From Amoebophrya sp. A120 (taxonomy: Eukaryota; Protista; Dinoflagellata), in contig CAJINV010000002.1 in assembly GCA_905178155.1 (NCBI GenBank), positions 3,539,838-3,603,837 of the forward strand: a DNA stretch of 64,000 nucleotides, in the 5' to 3' direction. Each line of letters begins with the position of its first letter. Position 1 is the first letter of the stretch. The notes beneath the pieces were generated by a model that was not told the DNA's origin, did no database searches, and worked only from the letters and a program-made list of their open reading frames with translations. Positions 24,301 to 37,000 of the stretch are shown here, one piece after another. The position numbers were made by a program, and so were the translations under genes.

Positions 24301-27300
24301 ACGTAACTCAGGATTGTAGCTATGTGCCTCGAGCAAGTTTTTCAACACGAACACCACAACGATCTTCACTGGGTACAAAAAACATCTTTGCAAAATACCG
24401 CTGCAGCTTCCTCTGCAACTCCAACCCGCGACGATCACTACGCTTCCTGGATCACCATGCAGCCACAAGGCGTGCACCAGCCGGCGCAGGCCACGAGCCA
24501 GCATGCTGATAGTGCTAGTGCAGCAGGAGGAGCGGCGACTTTCACTTCTCCCTGGGACAATTACCAGCCGACAGGAACAACGACAACTAGCGGTAGTTAT
24601 GATTACCAGCACAACACTGCCCCCTCGGCGGCCAACGCTGCCAGCATGGGAGCGACCGGCAGTGATACACAACAAGTGATGTCGACAGCGGCAACTGTCT
24701 CCAGCGGCGCAGCTATCAAATGCAAAAATGTCTGGGTCTGGAAGAATGCGCGATTTGTCATGCAGCTTTTCCATGGCCCGCGAGGTCTGGAATGCAGGAC
24801 CTACCATGACAGATTCTGTGCGATCTCTCTCATGCCTATCCTGCATGAGAAACTCCCTCCCGACTTGGTCAAAACTGGACGACTTTTGTGAATCATGCAA
24901 CGCAAATTTTTGCATGCTTCAGATTTAGCATGACAAGTTGCATTCTTCCAGACCCAGACACTTTTACATTTGATAGCAGCAGCAGCAGCCCAAGAAGTAG
25001 ACCAGCACCACGGAACGTACGCCTCTGAGGAGTCGGAAGACTCGGACCTGCGTCCCATATCCAGGAAAAAACACCCATCTCCATCCATTTTTTGTATGAC
25101 AAACACTGGGGCTGATGCATTTTTTGCATGACAAATTGGATGGGGATGGGTGTTTTCTCCTGGATATCCCAACGGCTTCGACGATTACTACCGATACGAC
25201 ACCCCGCCCGACTACTCGACGTCAAAGAAGACAAGCGGGCATTACTCCACGGCCAGTAAGAGCGGGCCCCCAGGCGTTTGGGTGACGAAAACCTCTACGG
25301 ATGCAAGCCATGCTAGTAGTGCTAGTGCTTCAGCTGAGACTACGACGACGAATGGGGGCAGATGGAACAAGAATCCGTCTTTTCCTACCGAAACAAACAG
25401 CGCAGCGGACCATGAATTAGACCTGAAGTTCGACCCCTGGGAGTATTGGGGCCACCGTGTTGACACACCAGAGGCGGATCTTCTCGATGATGACCCTTGG
25501 GCCGAGATGGTTGCGCAGAACAATGAACAAGCGGCCATGAAAGAAGCAGATCGGGTGGAAAGGAAGAACAGCGCGAAGATGATGTTGAAAAATGAAGCCC
25601 CTGCAGGTACTAGTTCTGGCTCTTCCTCTTCAAAAGAGCAAGAAAAGCCTGTTTCATCATCTTCCGCTGGCCGGCAACAGGTGCCGCCGTCCAAGACCCT
25701 CTCTGGGCCGAGCAGCGGTGCAACAAACCCCTTTGCAGATGTTTGGTACCCATCGGAAGGAGGACTTCCACCGGCTCGGGACCACACGACAACTCCTAGG
25801 TTGAAAAGTAAAGGGGCCGTCGACGCTTCTCGCCCAAAGTTTCTGGAAGAGGCGTTGCGGAGGAGCTCCGCAGACCTTTCTGAACAGGATGAAGAAATGC
25901 GGAAGAGGCAGCTGGAGAGGATCGAAAAGTCGAGGCAGGATTTTGCGACCGCACTGAATTTGATACAACAGCAGCAGATGGGAACTTCTGCTACTTCTGG
26001 CGTATAATGCTTTTACGACATATAATTTCAACATGTTGATGAATGTGTATGTTCTGCCTCGTTGTAACATTTTCCGCATAATGTTGCAACAGAGTCTCAG
26101 CACAGCTTTGACTTAGGAGAGTGGTTCTGATAGCCACTGAACCTTCCCTCCTGCATAACTTCACCATCAACCCTTCACAGGCTGCCGCTGCGGCTGCCTC
26201 GTCTCCTTCTGTCCCTACTACGCCGTCCGCGCCTACTGCCGCCGTCCCGTCCAGCCCAGCTGCAGAACTTCTACCAGCTTCCACCCAGAACAAGGGCCAA
26301 CAACTTCCCCCAGATTGGGTCTCTCTATTCGGTGACGGACGGCGTTTGCGTGGGCTGAGGAACAAAACCCTTTCTCCACCAACTGCGGGAAGGGTGACGT
26401 CCACCACTACAGCAAAAACCACGCACAAAGCGGACGAGGAAGGGAAAAGAGGAGAAATCGCGCAAGAAGCCGCGACGGAAACTACCCGTGCGGACGACCC
26501 GATGGACGTGGACGAGGAAGCAATTGATGTTACGGAGAGCCGCCGCCGTCAAGAGGAGGACAAAAGTACAGCTACAAGCACTTCTACTTCAACTGGGAAA
26601 AACATTAAAAAAAGCATGGAAACAGACACGAACCCGGACCACGGCCGAGAGATGTACGAAAAACAGCGGCTAAACGAGAGCCTCACGTATGCATTGCAAA
26701 AGTATCGTACTACTAGTAGAAACCGCATGACAAATTTCGTCAGCATGAAAAATGCAATTTGTAGTGCGGGCCTACCTTAAGATGTAAGATTTGTAATGCA
26801 TGCCTACGATTACTAGGGATACTTTTGCGATGCATATCACGACCACCACAACGACACCCCGGAACAAACCTGGCCCGATCCTGCCGAAAGCGAAACCCGA
26901 AGCGGAAAGAAGCCACAACTACATGGTCGTCACACCCCTCTCCCCCTCCGCCTCTTCGGCCAGTCCGAAAAGTTCATTATCCCGAGCTAGCACTTCTTCT
27001 TTGTCTCCCGAAATCTCCGTCCCGAGACCGACTTTCGTTTTGAGTAAGCAAACCGTGCAGGTGGCGAATAGCGACAGCAGCAACGCAAATAAGAATATTG
27101 AGTCCTCTGATAAGGACAAGAACGCTGTAGTGTTTCATCAGGCGGTACATCAACCGAAAGTTGTGGACAAAAGTGTTTACCCGTTCACCACGAAAAAGAA
27201 GTTTGTCTTTGCGGACAAGCACAACGAAGAAGTCGACGCGATGCGGTTACTTGCGAAACTGCAAGAGGAAAGTTCCGATAAGAAAACGACACTGATTCCG

Positions 27301-28412
27301 AAACCGGTAGTTGACAAAGACTTCCAAACAACGATTGTGATGACGAAAGCGTCGAAAACTACAACGGGAAACGTCGGGAGTCCGAAGAGCGAAGGCGGTT
27401 TATCGACAGCTGCGTCCTCCTCATCTCCTGCGACCACTTCCTCTGCCAGCACCTCTGGAACGAGCAGCGACAGCGAGAAGGAAAACAAGGAAAATGTATG
27501 AGAGTGCACAACCCCCCCTGCTCCCCCTCATTTGTCATGCAAAGTACCTAATTATACGCCTTGGCTCTTGGCACTGTTTGCATGACAAGTTCTGGCAACC
27601 CAAATAGCACTACGCTCCTGTCCAAACTTGTCATGCAAACCCTGCATTCTTTTTGACACTTGTTGCTGTTCATGCAACACAAATGAGGGGGAGGCGGACT
27701 TGTGCACTTTCATAAAAAGAGGCTGCGAACTACAAGACGGGGCTGCGGGTGTTGTTTGATATGTTGGATGAGGGGAATTGGAAAAATGTGGATGAAGTGG
27801 AACCGATTTTGTTAGATGAGGAGCCGGGTCTTGTCGGTGCGGAAGGAGTGCAGCAGGAGGGGGAGAAGATTGGTACAACTGCAACTCTTGAAGAGGGTCG
27901 AAACAAATAGAAAAGAACCTCGTTCGTTTGTTTCGAGGCGTTTATTGTTCCGTACAGAAGAACGAATGCATTTAGAATTAAGGAAGGTTATGCATGATCA
28001 CCTTCTGTGATGGTAGGTACAGCTACAGATGCATGCAGCTTATTTTCACCTCCTGATGATGGTTCACAGGTGCGATGAAAGCCGTCGACAGAGCAGCTAC
28101 TGCTGGCCCAGCGACGGAGGACCCAGCTTCCCCCTCCGACGATCTCGACGATCTCGACGCCGAGTGGAGTGAGTTGGGCGACAGTTTCGAGAAGTTGGGC
28201 TTGGAGGATCAGTATGAACTGCAAAAGTATCGTACTCGTATAAATGCATTGCAAATTTCCTCAGCATGAGAAATAAGATTTGCAATGCGGATTTACCTTG
28301 AGAAAAAAATTTGTAAATGCATGACTGCAATTACTACGAGTACGATACTTTTGCACAGGATAATCAGCGTGATTTGGAATTCGAGAAGCCCTGGGAACTG
28401 GTGCATGTATGA
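21312..28412 (+). CDS. large low-complexity (Q/S/T/A-rich) hypothetical protein, interrupted by 7 introners, probable GT-AG introns (26002-26180, ~27897-28069) and a 1.2-kb insertion
   Basis: Frames join across each introner. The join across 23099-24342 is unresolved, so this may be two genes or a disrupted gene. Confidence 0.55.
21751..22070. mobile_element. introner, family B
   Basis: DR TCCGC/TCCGC. Confidence 0.9.
22209..22365. mobile_element. introner, family A
   Basis: DR CGGGC/CAGGC. Confidence 0.88.
24714..24975. mobile_element. introner, family B
   Basis: DR GCAGC/GCAGC. Confidence 0.9.
25058..25166. mobile_element. minimal 109-bp introner (unique TIR TATCCAGGAAAAAACACCCATC)
   Basis: DR TCCCA/TCCCA. 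Confidence 0.9.
26688..26836. mobile_element. introner, family A
   Basis: DR TCACG/TCACG. Confidence 0.9.
27497..27714. mobile_element. introner, family D
   Basis: DR AAATG/AAAAG. Confidence 0.88.
28213..28362. mobile_element. introner, family A
   Basis: DR ATCAG/ATCAG. Confidence 0.9.
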
Positions 28413-30060
28413 AAGTGGAAACAGTGAAGCTTTAACAGTGCCTGTGATGAAGTGTGTCAACATGCTGGAGGCTCCTACACTCCCTGCGGGTTTGCATGAC
28501 AAACCGCTTTGTCATGCATAGTGGACTATGCAGAAAGGACACACAACCACACTTGCTGTGCGCTACAAGATGAACACAGGTCGTTGTATCGAGCAGCTTT
28601 CACTTCCACACAACGGGGCGCATTCCGAAGCGGCCTCCACGCAGGTGGAAGCCGAAGCATCGATGGGTGACAGCAACTGAGCTGTTAACCATCGTGTGTA
28701 AAAGCACAAACGACGGAACCAAGTCGTTCTAGATTCTCGTCTTTCTGTACATTATACAACTGGGTGCGAAAGTTTGTTGTTTCCAGCTTTATTCTCTCCT
28801 TTTGCAAGCGCGACAAAATGAACACTATAGTGGTTTTCTGTACAACTGCAGTTTTGGATAGAAAATGTTTGATTCGTAGAGGTCAGGTCGACGTCGACAA
28901 CGGTCGTCGGAAAAACCTTTACACCTTACAGCAAGATTGATGTTTTATTCACTCGTAACAAGTTCCGATTTTGGATTGCTCAAAACAAGACCACATGCTT
29001 TCACAACACGTAGTCAAAGTTGTTTATCGCACGAGAATACTTTGTCAAATCAAAACTCACTCTGAGAGCAGATTCAACGATTCATAATCGCCCTGGCAAA
29101 ATAATGATCACTAACGAGACAGTTCAAGTGATTGATTTCTACAGAAAAATGTGTTTATCATCTGCCGAAATCTCACTACTTCCGGCCGAACTTGTACTAG
29201 CAAATAATGATCCGCTTTTTACTTTTTTGCCAAAATCAAAGGCCACGACGAGCAGACAAGTTCGAATGCCCACGACGAGCAGAAAGCAGTTGCGGCTTGT
29301 TTGTCGCGACCGCTTTCTTGTTCCGTGCACAGTTCGTGAAGCGATCGCTGTGTGGTCCGCGTACATAAAAATCCATGCGATAATAGCCCTGTTCGTCGCG
29401 GTTTCGCATTGCGCAGGAAGTCCCGGAAGCGCACCTTCGCCTGATCCTCGATGCCCAGCCACGCCCACGCTTGTCCTCGTGTAGCGAATGCGTGAACAAG
29501 CACTGCAGGAGATCAGATGACGATGAAAAACAAGATCAGAAGATGCTGATCCATCTTCTCCGGTCGTGACGATTTGTGAACAATGTGATGCTGATTGATA
29601 TTGCATCGTCAAGTCATGATCTTCCCACGTTATGATCCGGATCCCGATCGAAGCCAAGAGTGGACACACACGACCGGCTGGCGAACGTGTTGCTATATCG
29701 AAAGATGTCCGTTCCCGAGGCTAGCTGGTCCTGATCGTAAGTACTTTGTAGCACAATTTCGATAGGTGGTGCACAACATTCGTTCCACTCGCTCTGCGTG
29801 TTTCAACAGCATTCTTGCCCAGTTTTCCTAGCAAGGCCCCCCCCGACAAGTAGAATTTCTTTCCCCCAAGCTAGTGCTCTGTCGAGTTCCCGCTTATATT
29901 TTTCCCTATTCCCCAAACATGGATGCAGCAGTTCTGAAATTCGAATTTCAGGCAGTCCCCCCTTAGCATTTTTAAGTAGCCTCGACAAGAATTTTAGAAA
30001 ACGGCAAGCTCCGACTTAGTAGAAAACACCCCGCGGCCCTTTGGGTTTGGGCAAGCAAAA

Positions 30061-33000
30061 ATGATGCAGAAGAAGAACCCAAGGAATAAACCAGTAATAA
30101 CATCTAGTAGGGAAGCCCCCGATCATGAAATGGACATGATCGACGACGACCAGCAAAAATTTCGCTGCGCCAAGTTCCACGCCTGGCTCCTCGAAAATGG
30201 CACGGACCCAGCAATGCTGGCCCAGACTCAGCCCCACGACTTCCCGGACACCGGTCGAGGTTTGCGAGCGAACCGAGCTTTTCGTCCGAACGAGGTGATG
30301 GTGCGGATCCCGGAAAAAGTGCTCTTGCGGACCGACGACTTTGACCACCCGGTAGTGCGGTTTTTCTACGGGAAGCTGATGGCGGCGGAGGGAGCAGATC
30401 ATCTTCAGGCGAATAAAGACAAAAAATTATCAGCGTCTCCTGGGTCCTCGTCCGCCGCTTCGACAACAAGTTCAGTGCGTCATGACGGGCAATTGTCGTG
30501 GCAAATGCGGTTGCAGAAGAGCTGCAGTTCTTCGTGTGGTTTGTCCGGAACATCGTCTTCCAGTTCTAGCTCCAGTGGAAGAAGCAAACACGGAGCTGCT
30601 GACGTCATGAACTGCACCGCGGAAGATGTGTTGCTGGTCTGTATGCTGTTGTACGAGACACGAGTTGATCAGTGGAGCTCTGATGGAAGAGGTTCCAGTA
30701 CTACTGCTTCTCATGGAGTCGTAGATGAAAGAGAAGTAAAGCATTCTTCCTTTTACCAGCCCTTCCTAAACATTTTGCCAAAATCCTATCCGGGCATTCC
30801 AGCGTGGACATTGTTTTCTACCTCGTCTTGTGAGGACGCAGCATATGCATTGCAAAAATGTCGCGGTCTGGAAACTTGTGATGCTAAAATGTGGATGACG
30901 GAAACAGTTCCGAATGCAAAACAGCATGACAACTTGTCAGAACACTTTCTCATACGCAATCCGCATGAGAAACTGCACTTTTGCATGTACAAAAGAGGCT
31001 GCGACTTTTGTTGGCTATGCAATACAGATTCCCTAGGTATGTTGGAGAGCTAGCATTACAAGTTCGAACCTTCCAGACCCAGACATATTTGTAGTGGATT
31101 CAGCAGCAGGCGGGTTGTTCATCCAGTCGTCGAGCAGCCACCTGGAGGTAGAAGTAGAGTCGAGCCCCCGCGAGAGTAGAAGTTGCCATAGCGAGGTGGA
31201 ACAAGATGATCAGAAGACGAGAACGTCCGCCAAGACTTCTGCTACTTCGCCGTTATCTCGAGCTTTATCTTCGCAATCACCTGAAAGTGAAATAACATCA
31301 TCGTCAAAGCGGGAGAATACAAGTACACGACAGCACATCCTCCCTCTGTGCGAAAAGCGGCAACAGAAGCTGCAGCGCGAATTCCAAACGGTTTTCACTG
31401 TATTTGAGATCGTCGAAGAAATTCTCCGGGATTTTTTCGAACAACATGGTGAACAAGGGGATCAACATTTAATACACGTCACAAAAGCTCCGCGACATCA
31501 AGCGGACGACTTCAATGCAGCAGCCGCAGCCGCGGCCTCGCCAGATGTTGCACATAAGATGAACAAAGCATCTTCCAAAACCTCACCTCGCTTAAACACC
31601 AACCGGTTCCTGTGGGCTTATGGCACGGTATGGACGCGCTCGTGTTTTCTTCGCGAAGAAACAGGTACAGCAGCAGCTTCAAAAAGCACTACAAAGAGCA
31701 GGAACCACACAACTTCATCTAATATTCTTGGCCAACATTCTTCGTCCAGAAAGCACCTCTGTCTCGTCCCCTACGGGGACTTCTTGAATAGCGACCTGAG
31801 ATTCGCGGAATTGCAGGCGGATGACGACGAAGATCTTGTTTCTCCAGAGCAGGGACCGCTGCAACAGGACAGGGAAAATCAAAATGCCGACGTTGCTATG
31901 GGCGATGCAATAACCGCAGACGAAGGTGGAACAACACCAGCAGGAGCTACTGTCGGTGCTTTGTGCGGCTACGAGAAGGGAAGCCGTTCCTACACGTTTC
32001 GCGCCGCGAGATGGATCAAACGAAACGACCAGTGTTTCATCTGTTACAGCACGAAAATGGACAACTTCGATTTCCTCTGCACCTACGGATTCACCTGTCT
32101 ACGCAAGGCGTTTTTCGACGTAGAAAAGTACCGGAAATTTGTCTTGCAGTTTGTGCTACAGGATCAGGCTCAGGATGAGGAACCACGAGATGCTGAAGTT
32201 TGTCCTCATGCGGGCCGCACTAGAGTCAACATGATCCTCTCGGTGTTGCAGTTGCACGGGTTGCTGTGCCAGGAGAACTGGTTTGTGGACTTGACACCAT
32301 CGTCTTCAAGAAAAACGCAGAAAAATAACGCGGTAACAGACGGAGAAGTAGTAGTGGAAGATACAACAAACCGGTTGGAAAGGTACTATCACGAGAAAAA
32401 AGTGTTACAGTTACACATTTGTTGGAGTTTCTGCATCACAAATTTTCTCTGTGTGGCAGAGAAAACTTGTAATGCGAAGATCATAAGGGAAAACAGCAAG
32501 GAAACGAGGCGCCGAAGCATTTCCTGCATGAGAAAGGTTGTCTCTGTTGCCAGTCTTGCATGACAATATGTAACTGTAACACTTTTTTCTTGCGATAGGT
32601 ACCGCTCGGTGTTTAGTCCGGCATTGTTCACTTTGTTCTTCTTGAATGCGCAGTACTACCAGCTGTGTCACCAAATAAACGGAGATGAACAAGATCATGT
32701 TGAAGGAGGTGGAACGTCTGTGTTGCCAACATTGCAGCACTCGCCAGATAGTGCAACATTATCTTCGTCGACGTCGAAGGCAACAACATCCAAGAAGCGC
32801 AAAAACTACGCTACAACCAACGGGACGCAGCAGCTCCTGCACGGAAAAAAGAGGCAGGAAAATAGAAGTTGCTCTCATGCGAAAATGGATACTAGATATG
32901 GCACAACAAGAAGGGCTCCAAGTTTTCCTTGCGGGGGTGGAGCTGCGCAGGTTCAGGATCTCGATCTCGAATCACAATTGGAAATAGCCTACGAGTTGGC

Positions 33001-33679
33001 AGCGGGATCAACATCTCGTTTCATCTCTAGAAGTACAGGATATCAAGTGTAAAAATGTCCGGGTTTGGAAGAATGCAACTTGTGATGCTGAATTTGGATT
33101 CCAAAAAAATCTGTATTGCATGAGCAGCAAAGGGAACGCATTTTTTGCTACGCGGAGAGGGCATTTGTCATGCCGAATAGGCATCGCGAAGCCCTCGAAA
33201 AATCGGTGATGCTAGGGCATGCATCACAGACATCAGGGCTCATGCAACACGTGCATGACAAGTCTCAGAATCTTCCAGACCCAGACATTTTTACAGTTGA
33301 TACAGGAGCCGGAGCTACTACTTCCTCTTCTACTACCCTGCTAGAGCAGGACTTCAACGTGGTCCCCACTTCAACCCCGAGCTCCTGTCTGGAAAAAATG
33401 GTGGAACACCAGGCGAAGAAATTGATACAAAAATTGCTCCGAGACGAGTACGACTACGAGGAGGGTCAAGTTCTGGTACGAGAAATTGAGAAGGAACAAA
33501 GTAGCCGTGGACTATTTTTTTTGTCCTCAAATAATATCAAATGTAAAGCCAGCATGCGTACTTTCACTTCTTACCAGCAAGAACGACAAGAACTCTTGAG
33601 CCGTTTTTACGGTCAATCCACAAGCTGCCAGGATTTGCTGAAACAGGAAAGGGAAGCGCTGGAAGAAATGATAAAATAG
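30061..33679 (+). CDS. SET-domain protein, SETD3/SETD4/Rubisco-LSMT-like (3 introners)
   Basis: FPDTGRGLRA...VRIPEKVLL, SFYQPFLNILP, FLWAYGTVWTRS, LVPYGDFLN, QCFICYS..DNFDFLCTYGF. Confidence 0.82.
30844..31100. mobile_element. introner, family B (ATT end)
   Basis: DR CAGCA/CAGCA. Confidence 0.88.
32387..32597. mobile_element. introner, family F
   Basis: DR GGTAC/GGTAC. Confidence 0.9.
33041..33302. mobile_element. introner, family B
   Basis: DR CAGGA/CAGGA. Confidence 0.9.
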
Positions 33680-34062
33680 AGATTAATGTGGATCATGACA
33701 TCTTGGAGCAGTCTATAAGGTAAGAAGAAGGCTCAAGGTGCAATAATGTTGCGTATCATTTTCTTTACTTATATGTGGCTGAAACAATTGCGCCACCCTC
33801 ATCGTGAGGAATTTTTTCTTTTTGGGGGTCACAAAATGATTGGGGTGTAATGGCAGAATGAGTGTTTTCGCATCGTCCCCCCTCACATCACCACCTCGCG
33901 GGTAAAAGGGAAGCGCGCCGTCTTTGTCTTTTCCGCTGCAAACTCCTACGCGACGACGGAGCGACGAACGATGTGAGGAGCTTCAAATAGACTGATTACC
34001 GAGGGCGCCCCGGCGTAGTAGACTCCGGATCCACCGGGCGCTTCATTGTCAGGTCCGCGAGC

Positions 34063-37000
34063 ATGCTGTTAGTCGTTATCTCTCTTTGCTTTCTTCTCGT
34101 GCAGCACCAGCGGGTCATGGGCGGTCGCAGAGACCCGACCAGGATCCGCAGACCCCACCGAGCCTGCAATCAACCGGTAGCACCAGGCGACTGGGTCTTT
34201 GTACTGACGCAGAACTGTCAACGGGCAAACTTTCGGTACTTGGAGGGTGTTGACCAGTCGGCACCCCTCCAGCAGGTGCAACAGGCGGAGAAAGTCCGCG
34301 GTGTGTTCCAACACATCGCGGCTAACAAGGCGAAGGTCGCGCTCCTTTCCGACGTTCAGTGGAGCGGCGCACGTGGTGCACACATCAAGCGGTACGAGTT
34401 CACCCACGGCCAGCACTACGTTTATGGAGGAGGTAGAGTGGCCATCGTCTTGCACAAGTCCATTCTGTTCGCAGCGGATGGAAAATCTCTCATCAGACCG
34501 GTCGTCAAATTCTTCGGCCCCCGCATTATGGCGCTCTTCATACGCGGGACGTGGTTTGCGGTGGGATACCAGCCAAGCGACACGGTTGCGGACTTCGCAG
34601 AACTGGACCAGTTCTTGCTTTGGCGCGAAAAACTTTTGTTTGCGACAGGTACCAGCAGCATCATCTTCGGCGGAGACTTCAACTCAGCAATTTCCCAGTT
34701 GCCCCGAGGTCCAGAGGATGAAGAGGCAGGCGCTGCAGCGGCGATCGGCTCGGCCCTGCTGTTGGAACCACCCGCGAACCCCCGTCCGGGACATAACAAC
34801 ATGCGTTTTGCAATCGATAACATGTTGTGTATTCCGGACACCTTTAAGTCCATCCACAGAAGAGGCACGTGGAGGCATCCCGCGACCGGGCGATGGTACG
34901 AGATTGACTATTTCTACACATCGCGACAGGTTCATTTTGGAAACGTGAAGACCATCCAGCCCAAATTTCTCACCGACCACCGCGGCAAGCGCATGGCTGT
35001 CAAGCTAGGGCTTTCGCAGAAGGACAAGCGCGAAATCCGACGCCGAGTAATGACAATTACGCCGTCCCCACCGTATGAAGCGCTTCGGCGCGACGAGACA
35101 GCGCAGACGGCTTTTGCAGCGGAGACGGATGCCAACCTTCGGAAGGAGCAGCAGAACGGAGGCAGCAGCCTTGCCAGCAGGTGGGAAAAGTTCACGACAG
35201 TAGTAGCGAACAGCGCGACGGCGGTCGTTCCGGCAAATCAGGAGAGGGGGGCGCAGCAGTATCCCCCGTGGCTGAATGTACGGAAATTCCGCGAATACAA
35301 GAACGAAAAAGAGGACCTACTGTACTCCCGATTTCTAGCAGCGGACGCGAACGAGCGGCAGCAGTACAACAGGAGACTGCGGGCGATCGAGAAAGACTAC
35401 CGAGCTGATGAGAAGTTGGACTTTGAGGACTACATCGACCGAATTGCAGACGAGTGCCAGGCGGAGTATGGACAGTGCGGTAGAATTGACTACGCAAGAC
35501 TACGGCGCACAGGTGTAATCTTCGAACCAACGGCGGGAGCAAGGGTGAGAAAGGCGATCCCGTTCACCGTAGAAGACGCGAAGAAGCACTTCAGCAAGCT
35601 GATGTTGCGAACGGCAGAGGTCCCGCAAGGATTTCAGGAGGCCCTGGAGAGAAACCTGGACCAACTCCCGGAATCTGTGGACCCGATGTGGGGCATACCC
35701 GACGAAGGCGAGATCGCTCACTGTGTCAAACAGATGAAAGACTGCGCGTTGGGAGTGGACCAGATTCACATTGCCCACATCAAGCACCTCGGCGACGACT
35801 CATGGGATTTCTTAGTGAACTTGGTGCAGGATTGTTTCAGAACGAGAACGATTCCGGACGCGGCGCACTTGGTGCGCATGAATGCCCTCCACAAGGGGAA
35901 GAACCTTAATCCGCGGCTGCTAGACAACTACCGCGCCATTGCGGTGGCGACCTTTCTCTCGAAATTGTGCGAGACCATTTTGCAGAAGAGGCTCAAGCAC
36001 TACCTCGAGCGGATCGGTTTCTACCGGGAGACAGCGACGCAGCGAGGATTTCGGTCAGATTGTTCGACGGCGGACTTGGTGATGATGTTGCAGTTCATAG
36101 CGGACCAGACGCGAACAGTAGTGCGGGAGTCGATACTGGATGAGCTAGTTCTAGTGTTGATCGACTTCAAGAAGGCATTTCCAAGCGTGATTCGGGAGCT
36201 TGTATACCGTATCCTGCGGCGTGCGGGCGTTCCTGGCACAAACGTGGAATTCCTGGCGCACTTACACGACAAGGCAACGTTTTACATCATGGTGGACCGC
36301 GAGCCATCTGAAGAGTGGAAAGCAACGCGCGGGATGAAAGAAGGAGGACCATCCAGCCCCGACGGTTACGGAATTCTGAGCGAGATCATGTATCGGGAAC
36401 TGGCGCGCAGGCTAAACGGCATCAAGTTGGCAACGACGGGCGATTTTTTGTCGAAGCTTGCGGCCTTTACGGATGAGCAGAACATCAACCCCGCAGCGGT
36501 GCGCAAGGTGGTCGCCTTGCTTTTTGCAGATGATGCAACGCTCCCGACGACACTGCGGGAGGCGCCAATGGTTGAAAGCACGATCAAGGACGTAGCGACT
36601 ACTTTCGGCCAAGAGGTGCACCCGGACAAGACGGAGCGGCTTCTACTGCAGGGACCACACTTCCACTACCCCGGCCCAAGACAGAAGGATGGGACCCCAC
36701 CAATACCACCCGGATTCGAGGAAAAAGTAAAAGTTGTAGGATGCGAACTGTCTACGTACCACAGCGCAGGAGTGTGCCTGGAGCGGCACTTGAAGAAGGC
36801 GCGCGGAGCGTGGGCGGAGTGGAAGCCGATTCTACTACGGGCGCGCGGACGGATCAACTACTTCAAGCGAGGCAGCCTGATCAAATCCAATGTCCTTTCG
36901 CATGTCTACTACAGCGCGGCAGTGCGGCTGTGGAACGAGCGCAGTTATCAGGAAATCAATGTCTTCATCAACAAGATGCTGCGCACCATCACAGGCACTG

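Noticed and set aside
29020-29669. Overlapping 150-180-aa ORFs
   Set aside because: Non-ATG starts, no motifs, no codon bias.
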